Below, one piece after another: positions 38,557 through 47,826 of a stretch of 64,000 nt of DNA. The DNA is from Patescibacteria group bacterium UBA3466. Lineage in GTDB: Bacteria; Patescibacteriota; Minisyncoccia; Phycocordibacterales; UBA918. The translations under genes were made by a program, and so were the position numbers. The stretch spans positions 25,073 through 89,072 of the forward strand of contig DFRJ01000004.1 of the NCBI GenBank assembly GCA_002378195.1, read 5' to 3'. Within the stretch, counting starts at the first letter, position 1, and the number at the start of each line of letters is the position of its first letter. The notes beneath the pieces were generated by a model. The model made no database searches, was not told the DNA's origin, and saw nothing but the letters and a program-made list of their open reading frames with translations.

Positions 38557-39132
38557 ATGAAAAAACAGCTTCGTTTAGCTGCCACCATCCTCGCCATCAT
38601 AATCGTTTTTTGTGTGATGGTGTTTTTTTCTGAATCACTAGCCAGCAACGAAACTGTGATCCACCTTACCGACAAACTCGGCTACCTGGGCGTTACTATT
38701 GTCGCTATAATTGCCGGACTCAACACCGTCATACCACTGCCGGCTGCTACCTTTACTCCGATTTTTCAAAGTGCTGGACTCGCCTTACCATTCATAATTT
38801 TTTTCCTAGCCTTAGGCACCCTCATTGCCGATAGCATCGGTTTCCTCCTCGGTCATGTCAGTAAAGATTTGGTCGAAACCAAATACCCTAAGCTCTTTTC
38901 ATTTATTACCAACATTCAAGAAAATCACCACCGTCTCATCTTGCCAGTAGTCACTGGTTACGCCGCCTTTGTCCCTTTCCCAAATGAAGTCTTATTAATC
39001 CCTTTAGCATTGGCGGGCATCAAATTTAGATATTTGCTACTCCCACTCATCGTCGGAAACATCATTCACCAAGCTGTACTCATCTTTGGCATTGATGGCT
39101 TAAGACAACTATTGTCACAAATCACACTTTAG
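38557..39132 (+). CDS. DedA/VTT (TVP38/TMEM64) family membrane protein
   Basis: 191 aa polytopic protein with the G..LALPFIIFFLALGTLIADSIGFLLG segment typical of VTT-domain proteins. Confidence 0.55.
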   Translation: MKKQLRLAATILAIIIVFCVMVFFSESLASNETVIHLTDKLGYLGVTIVAIIAGLNTVIPLPAATFTPIFQSAGLALPFIIFFLALGTLIADSIGFLLGHVSKDLVETKYPKLFSFITNIQENHHRLILPVVTGYAAFVPFPNEVLLIPLALAGIKFRYLLLPLIVGNIIHQAVLIFGIDGLRQLLSQITL

Positions 39133-39496
39133 GTTCAAAATGCTTCCGCTCAGCAGTAGCGCCTCCTGACTCTTCCCACTTTGGCATCATGTACACTGCG
39201 GAGATTAGACCAGTCTGTAAAATTGGCTGATGATAATACTCCATTACAAACTCTTGTAAGTCATGTTCTTTGATAACATCTTCATCATCGTTATCTTCAA
39301 AGTAATCAAAGACAGTAAAACCTTTTTCACGAAGGATTTCTTGCGCCCTAATAAAACGTTTCAAATTTTCATCATAACCAAAGCCTCCTGAGGTAATAGG
39401 ACCACTTACTCTCACAACTGGTTGTGGTAGTGCTTTTAATCTTTCGATGGCTCCGGTTGTGATTTCTTCCATCATCTCCTTTTGTATTGGTGTCAT
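39122..39496 (-). CDS. Hypothetical protein
   Basis: 124-aa acidic soluble protein. Contains VRVSGPITSGGFGYDENL but I recognise no family. Confidence 0.3.
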   Translation of the reverse strand: MTPIQKEMMEEITTGAIERLKALPQPVVRVSGPITSGGFGYDENLKRFIRAQEILREKGFTVFDYFEDNDDEDVIKEHDLQEFVMEYYHQPILQTGLISAVYMMPKWEESGGATAERKHFEPKV

Positions 39497-39716
39497 AATT
39501 ACTACTTAACATAGCATAAAAAGTGCTTCCATATCTCATCAAAATCTGTTATAGTGCTTGCCACTGAAGTCCGTGCGAGCTGAAATATTTAAACTGCTTT
39601 AAATATTTCCCGGTCACGAAGTGAATCATCGATGTTTACGAGATGATAGGAGACTAGAGCATTCTCCTGACTTCTTACAGAAGCGGTATACCATTTGGAT
39701 AATTTGTTTTCTTTGT

Positions 39717-39790
39717 CCGTGCTTAGCTCAGTTGGCTAGAGCATTCGACTGATACTCGAAAGGTCCTAGGTTCAAATCCTAGAGCACGGA
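39717..39790 (+). tRNA. tRNA-Ile (anticodon GAU)
   Basis: Manual cloverleaf. Acceptor CCGTGCT/AGCACGG, D-arm GCTC-AGTTGGCTA-GAGC, anticodon stem TTCGA/TCGAA with loop CTGATAC (U33, GAU, A37), T-arm CTAGG-TTCAAAT-CCTAG, discriminator A. No encoded CCA. Confidence 0.9.
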
Positions 39791-39844
39791 CAAAAAACGC
39801 AAATTATCTCAAATGGTCTTGCAAAGTAATAGTTATTACTTCTC

Positions 39845-39882
39845 ACTCGAAAGGTCCTAGGTGCAAATCCTAGAGCACGGAC
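39845..39882 (+). repeat. Direct repeat of the 3' half of tRNA-Ile (att-site-like scar)
   Basis: actcgaaaggtcctaggtGcaaatcctagagcacggaca copies tRNA positions from the anticodon stem to the 3' end with one mismatch (T-loop TTCAAAT vs TGCAAAT). It lies 55 bp downstream of the intact tRNA. Confidence 0.7.
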
Positions 39883-39896
39883 AAGGGGCTTTTACT

Positions 39897-40283
39897 ATGG
39901 GCCAATGGGTTATAATTCTTAATATGAACAAAAGTCTCTTTGCCCTATCATTGCTGGTACTTCCAGTAGTCTCACACGCACAATCATTACAAGACCTGGT
40001 TAAAAACACCACTTCTTTTCTTGGTGAGATTGTCATTCCCTTTTTGATTGGCATAGCTTTCTTAGCTTTTGTCTACAATGTAATTCGTTTTTTTGTCTTG
40101 GGTAGCACCAGCGAAGAAGGTCGGGAAAAAGCTAAAGCTTTAGCTATCTACAGCGTCTTGGCTTTTACCCTCATTATTATTTTCTGGGGCATTATCAATC
40201 TATTAACCAGCAGTATTGGCTTAGATGACAAGAATCAACCCGGTTCTGATTACGTACCCGGAGACTTTAAACTTGGTGAATAA
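39897..40283 (+). CDS. VirB2/TrbC-like small pilin-type membrane protein (signal peptide + two TM helices)
   Basis: MNKSLFALSLLVLPVVSHA signal peptide, then hydrophobic helix 1 (IVIPFLIGIAFLAFVYNVIRFFVL), a short charged loop (STSEEGREKAK) and helix 2 (ALAIYSVLAFTLIIIFWGIINLL). This topology and size match T4SS pilins. ORF-track start 39861. I placed the start at 39897 (AAGGGG 9 nt upstream); 39924 is an alternative. Confidence 0.4.
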   Translation: MGQWVIILNMNKSLFALSLLVLPVVSHAQSLQDLVKNTTSFLGEIVIPFLIGIAFLAFVYNVIRFFVLGSTSEEGREKAKALAIYSVLAFTLIIIFWGIINLLTSSIGLDDKNQPGSDYVPGDFKLGE

Positions 40284-40288
40284 TATGC

Positions 40289-40330
40289 AAAAGCCGGCGG
40301 TTCCTTTCGGAACCGCCGGCTTTTGTTTGT
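40289..40330. terminator. Strong bidirectional rho-independent terminator (ends the pilin-like gene and the 16S transcription unit)
   Basis: aaaagccggcggttcc-tttc-ggaaccgccggctttt, a 16-bp perfect stem with T-tracts on both sides. Confidence 0.7.
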
Positions 40331-40364
40331 CGTCACTTTGAAATAAATAACCTCACAGCGACTA

Positions 40365-40505
40365 GGAGATTTCTAATTAATACAAAAGTAGATGCAAGTA
40401 CGCTACTTGGAAGCTCTGTGCGACTGAGCCGTACTTTGTGTACGGTGATGAAGCGCAGGGCTGAAAGTAGTGTAATGGCGCTACTTTTGTATTAATTAGT
40501 TGAAT
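40365..40505 (-). other. About 140-nt highly structured element in the 16S 3' trailer, between the processing helix and the terminator
   Basis: A perfect 19-bp outer stem (CUAAUUAAUACAAAAGUAG/CUACUUUUGUAUUAAUUAG) encloses inner hairpins (CCGUAC-ACAAA-GUACGG; GCGC..GCGC). Possible co-transcribed small RNA or rRNA processing structure. Confidence 0.3.
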
Positions 40506-40639
40506 GCTCTTTTGTCTTATCCTATGAATTGACTTGGTCTTTCCCAAGAGTCTGATACCACTTCAGAGTGTTGAGTATCATTGCTCGTTATGTGCTCAAT
40601 TGAGGCACATAACATCGACCAATTAGCTGTCATTGTGAG

Positions 40640-42125
<1,486 letters not shown>

Positions 42126-42519
42126 TAAGACAGGTACTGAGAGTAAACTCTCATGTATCTGCGTTTCAAGCATATGAGCGGAGTGTACTTTTCTCGACGC
42201 TCTCTTGAAACAAGTTCCTATTCAAGGATAAGACAAAAGAATATTCAACTGTGATGAAACTCTTTTATCTTATTGTGCTCACATATTCTTGTGGAAAGAA
42301 AATGTGTTATTGCTGTGATGCATGTTGTCTAAATATGGTCTTCGACCATTTTTTATTCAACATACGTTATATCTATGATTGGGATCATAGATATAGGTTA
42401 TTTATTATTTTCAAAATACTATGTTCTCCTACCGGATTGTCCGAACAAACAAAAAACGGAACTTACCCGTTCGCATACTCTTTCGAGCGTTCATTTGGCA
42501 TCCGTAGAACAGTGCGAGC

Positions 42520-42547
42520 ATTATACAGATATCTAAAATTAATGCAA
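42520..42547 (-). promoter_or_regulatory. Candidate sigma70-type promoter for the 16S unit
   Basis: On the minus strand TTGCAT (42547-42542), a 16-nt spacer, then TATAAT (42525-42520), about 390 nt upstream of the 16S 5' end. A 23-bp AT palindrome (ctacatataaatattatatgtag, 42578-42600) lies just upstream. Confidence 0.45.
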
Positions 42548-42608
42548 GCGGTTATTTGGCATAAGACACTCTCCTGCCCTACATATAAATATTATATGTA
42601 GCGGCAAT

Positions 42609-42634
42609 GAAAAAGCCCCACACAAAGTGGGGCT
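42609..42634 (-). terminator. Rho-independent terminator after the 493-aa coiled-coil gene
   Basis: Minus-strand RNA AGCCCCAC-UUUGU-GUGGGGCU followed by UUUUU, immediately after the stop at 42654. Confidence 0.6.
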
Positions 42635-42653
42635 GTAAGGAACATTACCGGAG

Positions 42654-44135
42654 TTAGCTGGCAGGGCCTTTACGCCTCAGATAAAGAGGGATATCAAACT
42701 TACTCTCACCTTCGTCACGATCAGGCACAACCGACAGCGATGGCGAATCATCCTCCAACTCATCTTCAGCGAGCTCTGCTGACTCCAAAGAGTCATCGTC
42801 AGACGTTTGGTCTACCGACTCATCGTCGGTAGGCGCTGCTGCCTCCAGAGACGAGTCGTCAGACTCTACTGCTTCTGACTCGTCCTTGGCGTCCTCCGCT
42901 TCAGATTCGCTCGCTGACTCAACTGACCCGCTGGTGGTAGCTGCAGCAAAACCGACACTGGGTGGGAAATGAGTTTTCTCGCCCCGCAACTGTTCTTCGA
43001 TCTTTATCAGTTGAGTTCCGTGACGTGTCTGCTCTCCATTGATGGCTTTCAGCAAATTATCGGTCTTGGACGCGTTCTCTCGCACCAGTTTTTGTAACCG
43101 ATACTCCTCTCGCTGTTCAGCCGATTTTCCCTTCGCTGCCAGATTGTACAAATAGACGACAATACAAATCATCATTAGTGCAAGCAGAAGCAAAGGCAAC
43201 CACCACCAGATACTCGCTCCTGAGGAAGTCGATACTTGATCGAGTTCTTCTCTCAGTTCCTGCATCCCTTTCTCCATTTCCGCCACACTGGCGGCAGTGG
43301 CCATTTTGGCGATCTGCTCATCTTGTTGCTGGAGACGTTCACTAAACTCGACTAGAGTTTCGCGATTCATCACCACCTCATTAGCCAGCTTAACCAATGA
43401 TTCATCAAGCTGACCAAAGCGACGTTCGTACTCAGCGGTTTGCGTGCGATACTCTGACCACAAGGCTTCCAGCCCTTTGGTAGAAATCGCCTGCATACGC
43501 TGGTCGATCTTACTCCAGAAGTCAGATGAGACCTTGCCGCCTTTGATGGCAGCCAGGTCAGCTCGCAATGCCGCCAGTTCCTGTTGCAGCACCGGATTGG
43601 TTTTACCCGCTCCAGTTTCTGCTACTACCGACTCGACCATCCTGAGCTCACGACTGACATTTCTGCCCGCCTGAGCTTGTTCGGCCAAATCCTTCGCCGC
43701 GGCATTCAGCGCGATGATTTTAGAAACCACCGCCGGATCAGGTTGTGTCGGCAACCACCAGCCCCACCCTCTGCGAATTACATCAAAAAAGTTGATGGTT
43801 ATTGACTCAGGTATCTGGCCGGTTTTCGGATTGACGACACCGCTCTTGGTCAGAGACAGGTAGACATAAGCCTGTTGCAATTCTGGCGACGCATCAGCCG
43901 GAATATAGCGGTTCTTGATACCAAGCGAGACTATATGCTTAGACATACAAGCCACCTTGATAGCCTTCCCCTGAAGACACCCAGTACTTCGGAAAGGTGT
44001 AAACACCTTTCGCTCCAACTCAGCAGAACCGAGTGGATAGTCCCAGATCTTTTTGTACAACCCGTCATCTGCCTTGGCCTGACTGACCACGACGGACAAA
44101 CAGGCCAACAGTACACACTGTATAAACCGTTTCAT
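42654..44135 (-). CDS. Bitopic coiled-coil membrane protein with an FtsZ C-terminal-peptide-like tail
   Basis: Signal peptide MKRFIQCVLLACLSVVVSQAKA. Extracytoplasmic domain plus long heptad/coiled-coil region. TM WWLPLLLLALMMICIVVYLY. Cytoplasmic coiled coil. About 100-aa D/E/S-rich disordered segment. Terminal FDIPLYLRRKGPAS. Confidence 0.5.
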   Translation of the reverse strand: MKRFIQCVLLACLSVVVSQAKADDGLYKKIWDYPLGSAELERKVFTPFRSTGCLQGKAIKVACMSKHIVSLGIKNRYIPADASPELQQAYVYLSLTKSGVVNPKTGQIPESITINFFDVIRRGWGWWLPTQPDPAVVSKIIALNAAAKDLAEQAQAGRNVSRELRMVESVVAETGAGKTNPVLQQELAALRADLAAIKGGKVSSDFWSKIDQRMQAISTKGLEALWSEYRTQTAEYERRFGQLDESLVKLANEVVMNRETLVEFSERLQQQDEQIAKMATAASVAEMEKGMQELREELDQVSTSSGASIWWWLPLLLLALMMICIVVYLYNLAAKGKSAEQREEYRLQKLVRENASKTDNLLKAINGEQTRHGTQLIKIEEQLRGEKTHFPPSVGFAAATTSGSVESASESEAEDAKDESEAVESDDSSLEAAAPTDDESVDQTSDDDSLESAELAEDELEDDSPSLSVVPDRDEGESKFDIPLYLRRKGPAS

Positions 44136-44215
44136 TTCGGATTACTCCTCAATTTGTTTACGAATCCGGTCGGCAGCGCGTAGCGCTGCCGACCGTTTCA
44201 ACCGCCGTAACCAGA

Positions 44216-44926
44216 CTACTCTTGAGCAGCCTGACAGTGACCAGTTTCACAACCAAAGACGAAGCTGGTATCACTACCAACCTGCACCGCCGTGTCAGCA
44301 GTACTGACTGACTGCGACAAAGATCCACTCGAATTGTTAAGAGTGATGTTGCCACAACCACCATTACCACAGCGTGACGTGTGCGCCGCCCAGTATCCGT
44401 TTACAGATGCAGTCGCCATACTGCCGCCAATTGACAACAGCATACGACCCAACGTTTCCTGATTGGACACGTTGGCACTGATGACAACTGGGACCGTGAC
44501 ACCTCGACCGTCTTTCTCCATGCGGATTTTACCGTTTGGAGCACCGTCTGGACCGACATCACCCATAAAGGTGACAACACCGCTCATGTTCATGCCAAAT
44601 GTACCTGTACGGTGTCCTTGTGCCACATGAATCAAGTTGAGTTCCCGATCCCACATCCTGGTGTAAGACATCTCACCAGTACCGTAAGGTACTGGGCGAC
44701 CAAGCATATACTCAGTATCTTTCTTCAGCTTGGTAATAAGATCATCTTTCCTCAATGAATCGAGATACTCCTGGCGCTGCGTCTGTGTGTAGTGGTAGAA
44801 CTCTTCGTCACTGACAGTGTCATTGACGTAGCCCTGCGGCTTATAGCCGTTAGACCCACACGCTGACAGCATTACCAATGCCAACAGGACAGCCAGAGAC
44901 CGTCCGACCAATTTCATTTTGTTCAT
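44216..44926 (-). CDS. Lipoprotein, unknown function, Cys/Gly-rich C-terminus
   Basis: Lipobox LVMLSAC|GS after a positively charged n-region. C-terminal CGNGGCGN and GCETGHC motifs. Confidence 0.5.
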   Translation of the reverse strand: MNKMKLVGRSLAVLLALVMLSACGSNGYKPQGYVNDTVSDEEFYHYTQTQRQEYLDSLRKDDLITKLKKDTEYMLGRPVPYGTGEMSYTRMWDRELNLIHVAQGHRTGTFGMNMSGVVTFMGDVGPDGAPNGKIRMEKDGRGVTVPVVISANVSNQETLGRMLLSIGGSMATASVNGYWAAHTSRCGNGGCGNITLNNSSGSLSQSVSTADTAVQVGSDTSFVFGCETGHCQAAQE

Positions 44927-44942
44927 CTTTAAGTCTCCTGCC

Positions 44943-45674
44943 CTATGGGCGCTGTGTAATGTCTACTGCTCGGGGGGCGACGCCATAAGCGACGCCACGT
45001 GTTTGAATACCGCTTTGTTGCGGTACCACAAAAGGTTGATTGGGAATAAACAGTCCGTTACTAGACGAACCGTATGGCCCACACCACTGTGTTTGCACCG
45101 AGTTCAAAACCGGCGCACTGTAACCCTCCACTACATCACCACTCAATTGCTGAGTAGTGTTGTATGGAATGTACGGCACCAATTTTTCTGCCGGCGGTGC
45201 CACTAAGGCTTGCATTACCTGAGGTGGCACGGGTGTTTTATCCTCCACTGCGTTTAGGCAACTGAGAGAAAACATGTCTTTCCAGACACCGTCCACTTTG
45301 ACCTGGACGATTTGCTCGCCGGTACGACAGTCACGAGGGAACCAATCAAACTCTGGGGGCTTGTAGGCTCCTGTATTGATTCGTTCACTCGTCGGACAAT
45401 TGCGTACCTGTACGTAGTTATCGTCGAGCATGAGCGCATTAAATTCCTCGTCGCCCAATTCAGTAAACCCCGTCTCATCCCTGACGTAGTCAACGATAAG
45501 GTCAAAGGCTCGCTCCGAACGGAAAAACCCACGCGGGTTGACGCGAAACAACTCAAATGAGATGTTTTTTTTATACCATTTATATTTAATAAACGGCACC
45601 ACCACCTCGGCCGCACCAGCAGTCAGACAGACCACCAATAGCAACGAAGCTCCGAACACCTGAATTATCTTCAT
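44943..45674 (-). CDS. Secreted protein, unknown function
   Basis: Likely true start is MKIIQVFGASLLLVVCLTAGAAEV at 45674 (GGAGAA Shine-Dalgarno 7 nt upstream); the ORF track extends to 45737. Signal peptide and 5 Cys. Confidence 0.45.
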   Translation of the reverse strand: MKIIQVFGASLLLVVCLTAGAAEVVVPFIKYKWYKKNISFELFRVNPRGFFRSERAFDLIVDYVRDETGFTELGDEEFNALMLDDNYVQVRNCPTSERINTGAYKPPEFDWFPRDCRTGEQIVQVKVDGVWKDMFSLSCLNAVEDKTPVPPQVMQALVAPPAEKLVPYIPYNTTQQLSGDVVEGYSAPVLNSVQTQWCGPYGSSSNGLFIPNQPFVVPQQSGIQTRGVAYGVAPRAVDITQRP

Positions 45675-45804
45675 GCTGATTCTCCGATATTTAATTGAAA
45701 AGAACGCGGACAAAGCCACGTTGAGTGGTTTTGTCAAGGTTCTATACCTTGGACGGCTTTATATCATAGTTTTGACAAAAAAGCAATTAGTTTGTGTTGA
45801 ATAT

Positions 45805-45833
45805 AAAAAAGAAGAAGCCTCCGGGGAGGCTTC
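45805..45833 (-). terminator. Rho-independent terminator after the small secreted protein gene
   Basis: Minus-strand RNA GAAGCCUCC-CC-GGAGGCUUC followed by UUCUUUUUU. Confidence 0.6.
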
Positions 45834-45880
45834 AAGGGTATACCCTGCATGGCAGGAATTATTCGACCTTGTCTCAGGCC

Positions 45881-46291
45881 TTATTGTTCGGCAGTGAGGG
45901 CGGCGTCAAAATCAATCGACACTTCCCCATCAGCTGTAGTAGCTGCGTGACCGCCCAGGCTCTGAACCATCGAGCGTTCATAGTTTAGGGCGGTAGCCAT
46001 AAAATCAATCAGAGCACTGCTCTGTTCTGCGCAGCCGCCAGGGCAACCCCCGTCGACAGAGCGACTCTTCATCAGCACATTCATGCTGCCGTCAGACAAA
46101 CTGTCGTTCAACCGATTCACAATCGGACCAGTAGCATAGTTGCTATTTTGTCCTCCGGCGAACCAGTTGCCATTTACATAGCCTGAAGTAGCTGCATAGC
46201 AGCCATTACCTACACAGGACAGAGCTCCGGTTGATCCGAGAGCCAACATGCCAGTTGCCGCTAATGCTGCGAGATTCTTGCAAATGTTCAT
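45881..46291 (-). CDS. Small secreted Gly/Cys-rich protein (136 aa), monocistronic, bacteriocin-like
   Basis: Signal peptide MNICKNLAALAATGMLALGSTGA. Mature part CVGNGCYAATSGYVNGNWFAGG..GGCPGGCAEQ. Own terminator downstream. 5' UTR carries two strong hairpins (14 bp and 8 bp) before a GGAGAAGG Shine-Dalgarno. Confidence 0.45.
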   Translation of the reverse strand: MNICKNLAALAATGMLALGSTGALSCVGNGCYAATSGYVNGNWFAGGQNSNYATGPIVNRLNDSLSDGSMNVLMKSRSVDGGCPGGCAEQSSALIDFMATALNYERSMVQSLGGHAATTADGEVSIDFDAALTAEQ

Positions 46292-46555
46292 AGTGCCTTC
46301 TCCTCGAAAGCAAGGTTCTTTTCTGTCGGCCCTGTGGGACCGACGGTTCCTGCCTCACGACGTGAGACAGGAACAGTGGTTTTATCCATTTGAGCTAATT
46401 GCTCTCTCAAATGGACTAGACCACAAATCCTTTACGTCGTGAAGACCGCAATAAATTATCATGGTTTAAATATTTGTCAATAGTATTTAGGTCACTCCCG
46501 CTATTTACAACTTTGGTTTGCTTAGCAAATATATTTCAGTACAATTCATAACACT

Positions 46556-47248
46556 ATGGATACACAAGAAACAATCGTAATGTCAGTTGGCGGATCTTTG
46601 ATCGTTCCTGACCAAATCGACACTGATTTTTTAAGAGGGTTAAAAAGCTTTATTGATACTGAAACGGCCGCTGGCCGTCGTTTTATTATTATTGCTGGAG
46701 GCGGTAAGACTGCTCGCCGCTACCAAGACGCGGCCGGCCGTGTATCAGAACTACAGAATGACGATCTAGATTGGATGGGCATTCATGCTACTCGTCTCAA
46801 TGGACACCTACTTCGCACCATCTTTAGAGACATGGCGCACCCCGAAATGATCACCGATCCATCCACTATCACCGAAGTGCCGACAGATGTACCGGTAGTA
46901 GTGGCAGCCGGATATCGGCCAGGCGCTTCGACCGACCTGCGCGCCGTGCAAATTGCAGATCAGGTGGGTGCCACTAAGGTAATCAATCTTTCAAACATCG
47001 ACTACGTATACACTGACGATCCTCGCTCTAATCCAGAGGCTAAACGACTAGAAAACATTTCTTGGAGCGAATTCAGAGATCTTATTCCAAAAGACTGGGA
47101 TCCGGGAATGTCTGCCCCATTTGATCCTATCGCCGCGAAAGAGGCTGACGAAAAAGGCATTGAAGTGGCGGTAATCAATGGAAATAAAACCGGCGAACTA
47201 ACCAACTACTTACACGGAGAAAAATTTGTAGGAACCAAGATTTCGTAG
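46556..47248 (+). CDS. pyrH: UMP kinase, archaeal-type short form (amino-acid-kinase fold)
   Basis: SVGGSLIVP, IIAGGGKTARRY, GIHATRLN, DYVYTDDPRSNPEAKR and FDPIAAK blocks, recalled as closer to archaeal than to bacterial PyrH. 230 aa. Confidence 0.7.
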   Translation: MDTQETIVMSVGGSLIVPDQIDTDFLRGLKSFIDTETAAGRRFIIIAGGGKTARRYQDAAGRVSELQNDDLDWMGIHATRLNGHLLRTIFRDMAHPEMITDPSTITEVPTDVPVVVAAGYRPGASTDLRAVQIADQVGATKVINLSNIDYVYTDDPRSNPEAKRLENISWSEFRDLIPKDWDPGMSAPFDPIAAKEADEKGIEVAVINGNKTGELTNYLHGEKFVGTKIS

Positions 47249-47255
47249 GTAGAGA

Positions 47256-47290
47256 AAAAGGCCGGCGCCGAAGGCGCCGGCCTTTTTCTT
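47256..47290. terminator. Bidirectional terminator between pyrH and the DUF805 gene
   Basis: aaggccggcgcc-gaag-ggcgccggcctt hairpin plus a T-tract. Confidence 0.6.
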
Positions 47291-47301
47291 TAAGAATACC
47301 C

Positions 47302-47778
47302 TTAAGTACGATCTACCTCTTCAACTACTGGATCTGCTTCTGATTCAGGAACTGTCACCGGATCAGTAGCCGGGACATCTGTTGAACCTCCAGCGTCTGG
47401 AGTTGGAGCAGATCCTGTACCATCAGGAGACACTGGTTCACCAAAGCGATTGGCGGTAGTTCCAGTTGGTTGTACTAACCAATACAGTAGTACCAAAAAT
47501 CCCAGTAATGGGATCAGTACTATTAATTGCCACCAACCACTGCGATCAATATCGTGTAGTCTTCGAGCGGCAATACCAAGACTAGGAAACAGCACTATCA
47601 AAGATAGTAAATTTGATAACACTACTTCAAGACCAACAATAGCTCCGACAATAGAAACTGCGATTGAGACCAAGAAATAAACCAGAACAAACATCCAGTA
47701 GGCTTTTCTTGATACTCTTCCTTCAAAATCAAAGAAATGATTTTTTACTGGGTTAAGAAACCAATTTAGAAATTCCAT
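47302..47778 (-). CDS. DUF805 family inner-membrane protein with Pro/Thr/Asp-rich C-terminal tail
   Basis: GRVSRKAYWMF ... RRLHDIDRSGWWQL are DUF805 (YhaH-like) hallmarks. Confidence 0.65.
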   Translation of the reverse strand: MEFLNWFLNPVKNHFFDFEGRVSRKAYWMFVLVYFLVSIAVSIVGAIVGLEVVLSNLLSLIVLFPSLGIAARRLHDIDRSGWWQLIVLIPLLGFLVLLYWLVQPTGTTANRFGEPVSPDGTGSAPTPDAGGSTDVPATDPVTVPESEADPVVEEVDRT

Positions 47779-47826
47779 GCTAAATAATTAATTATAATCA
47801 ATAATTATTCTAGCATGTAAAAGTCC

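Noticed and set aside
39497-39716. Possible structured ncRNA (RNase P RNA or SRP RNA) upstream of tRNA-Ile
   Set aside because: A GAAGUCCGUGC stretch vaguely resembles the RNase P P4 strand. The region is only about 220 nt, and the partner P4 strand (ACAGAAnCCGGCUUA) and SRP domain IV motifs are absent. It is more likely a promoter or leader with small palindromes (for example gaaatatttaaa-ctgc-tttaaatatttc).
42251-42601. 116-aa Cys-rich ORF (MMKLFYLIVLTYSCGKKMCYCCDACC...)
   Set aside because: It sits in the AT-rich rRNA promoter and leader region on the opposite strand. It has low-complexity composition and no Shine-Dalgarno, so it is most likely non-coding.
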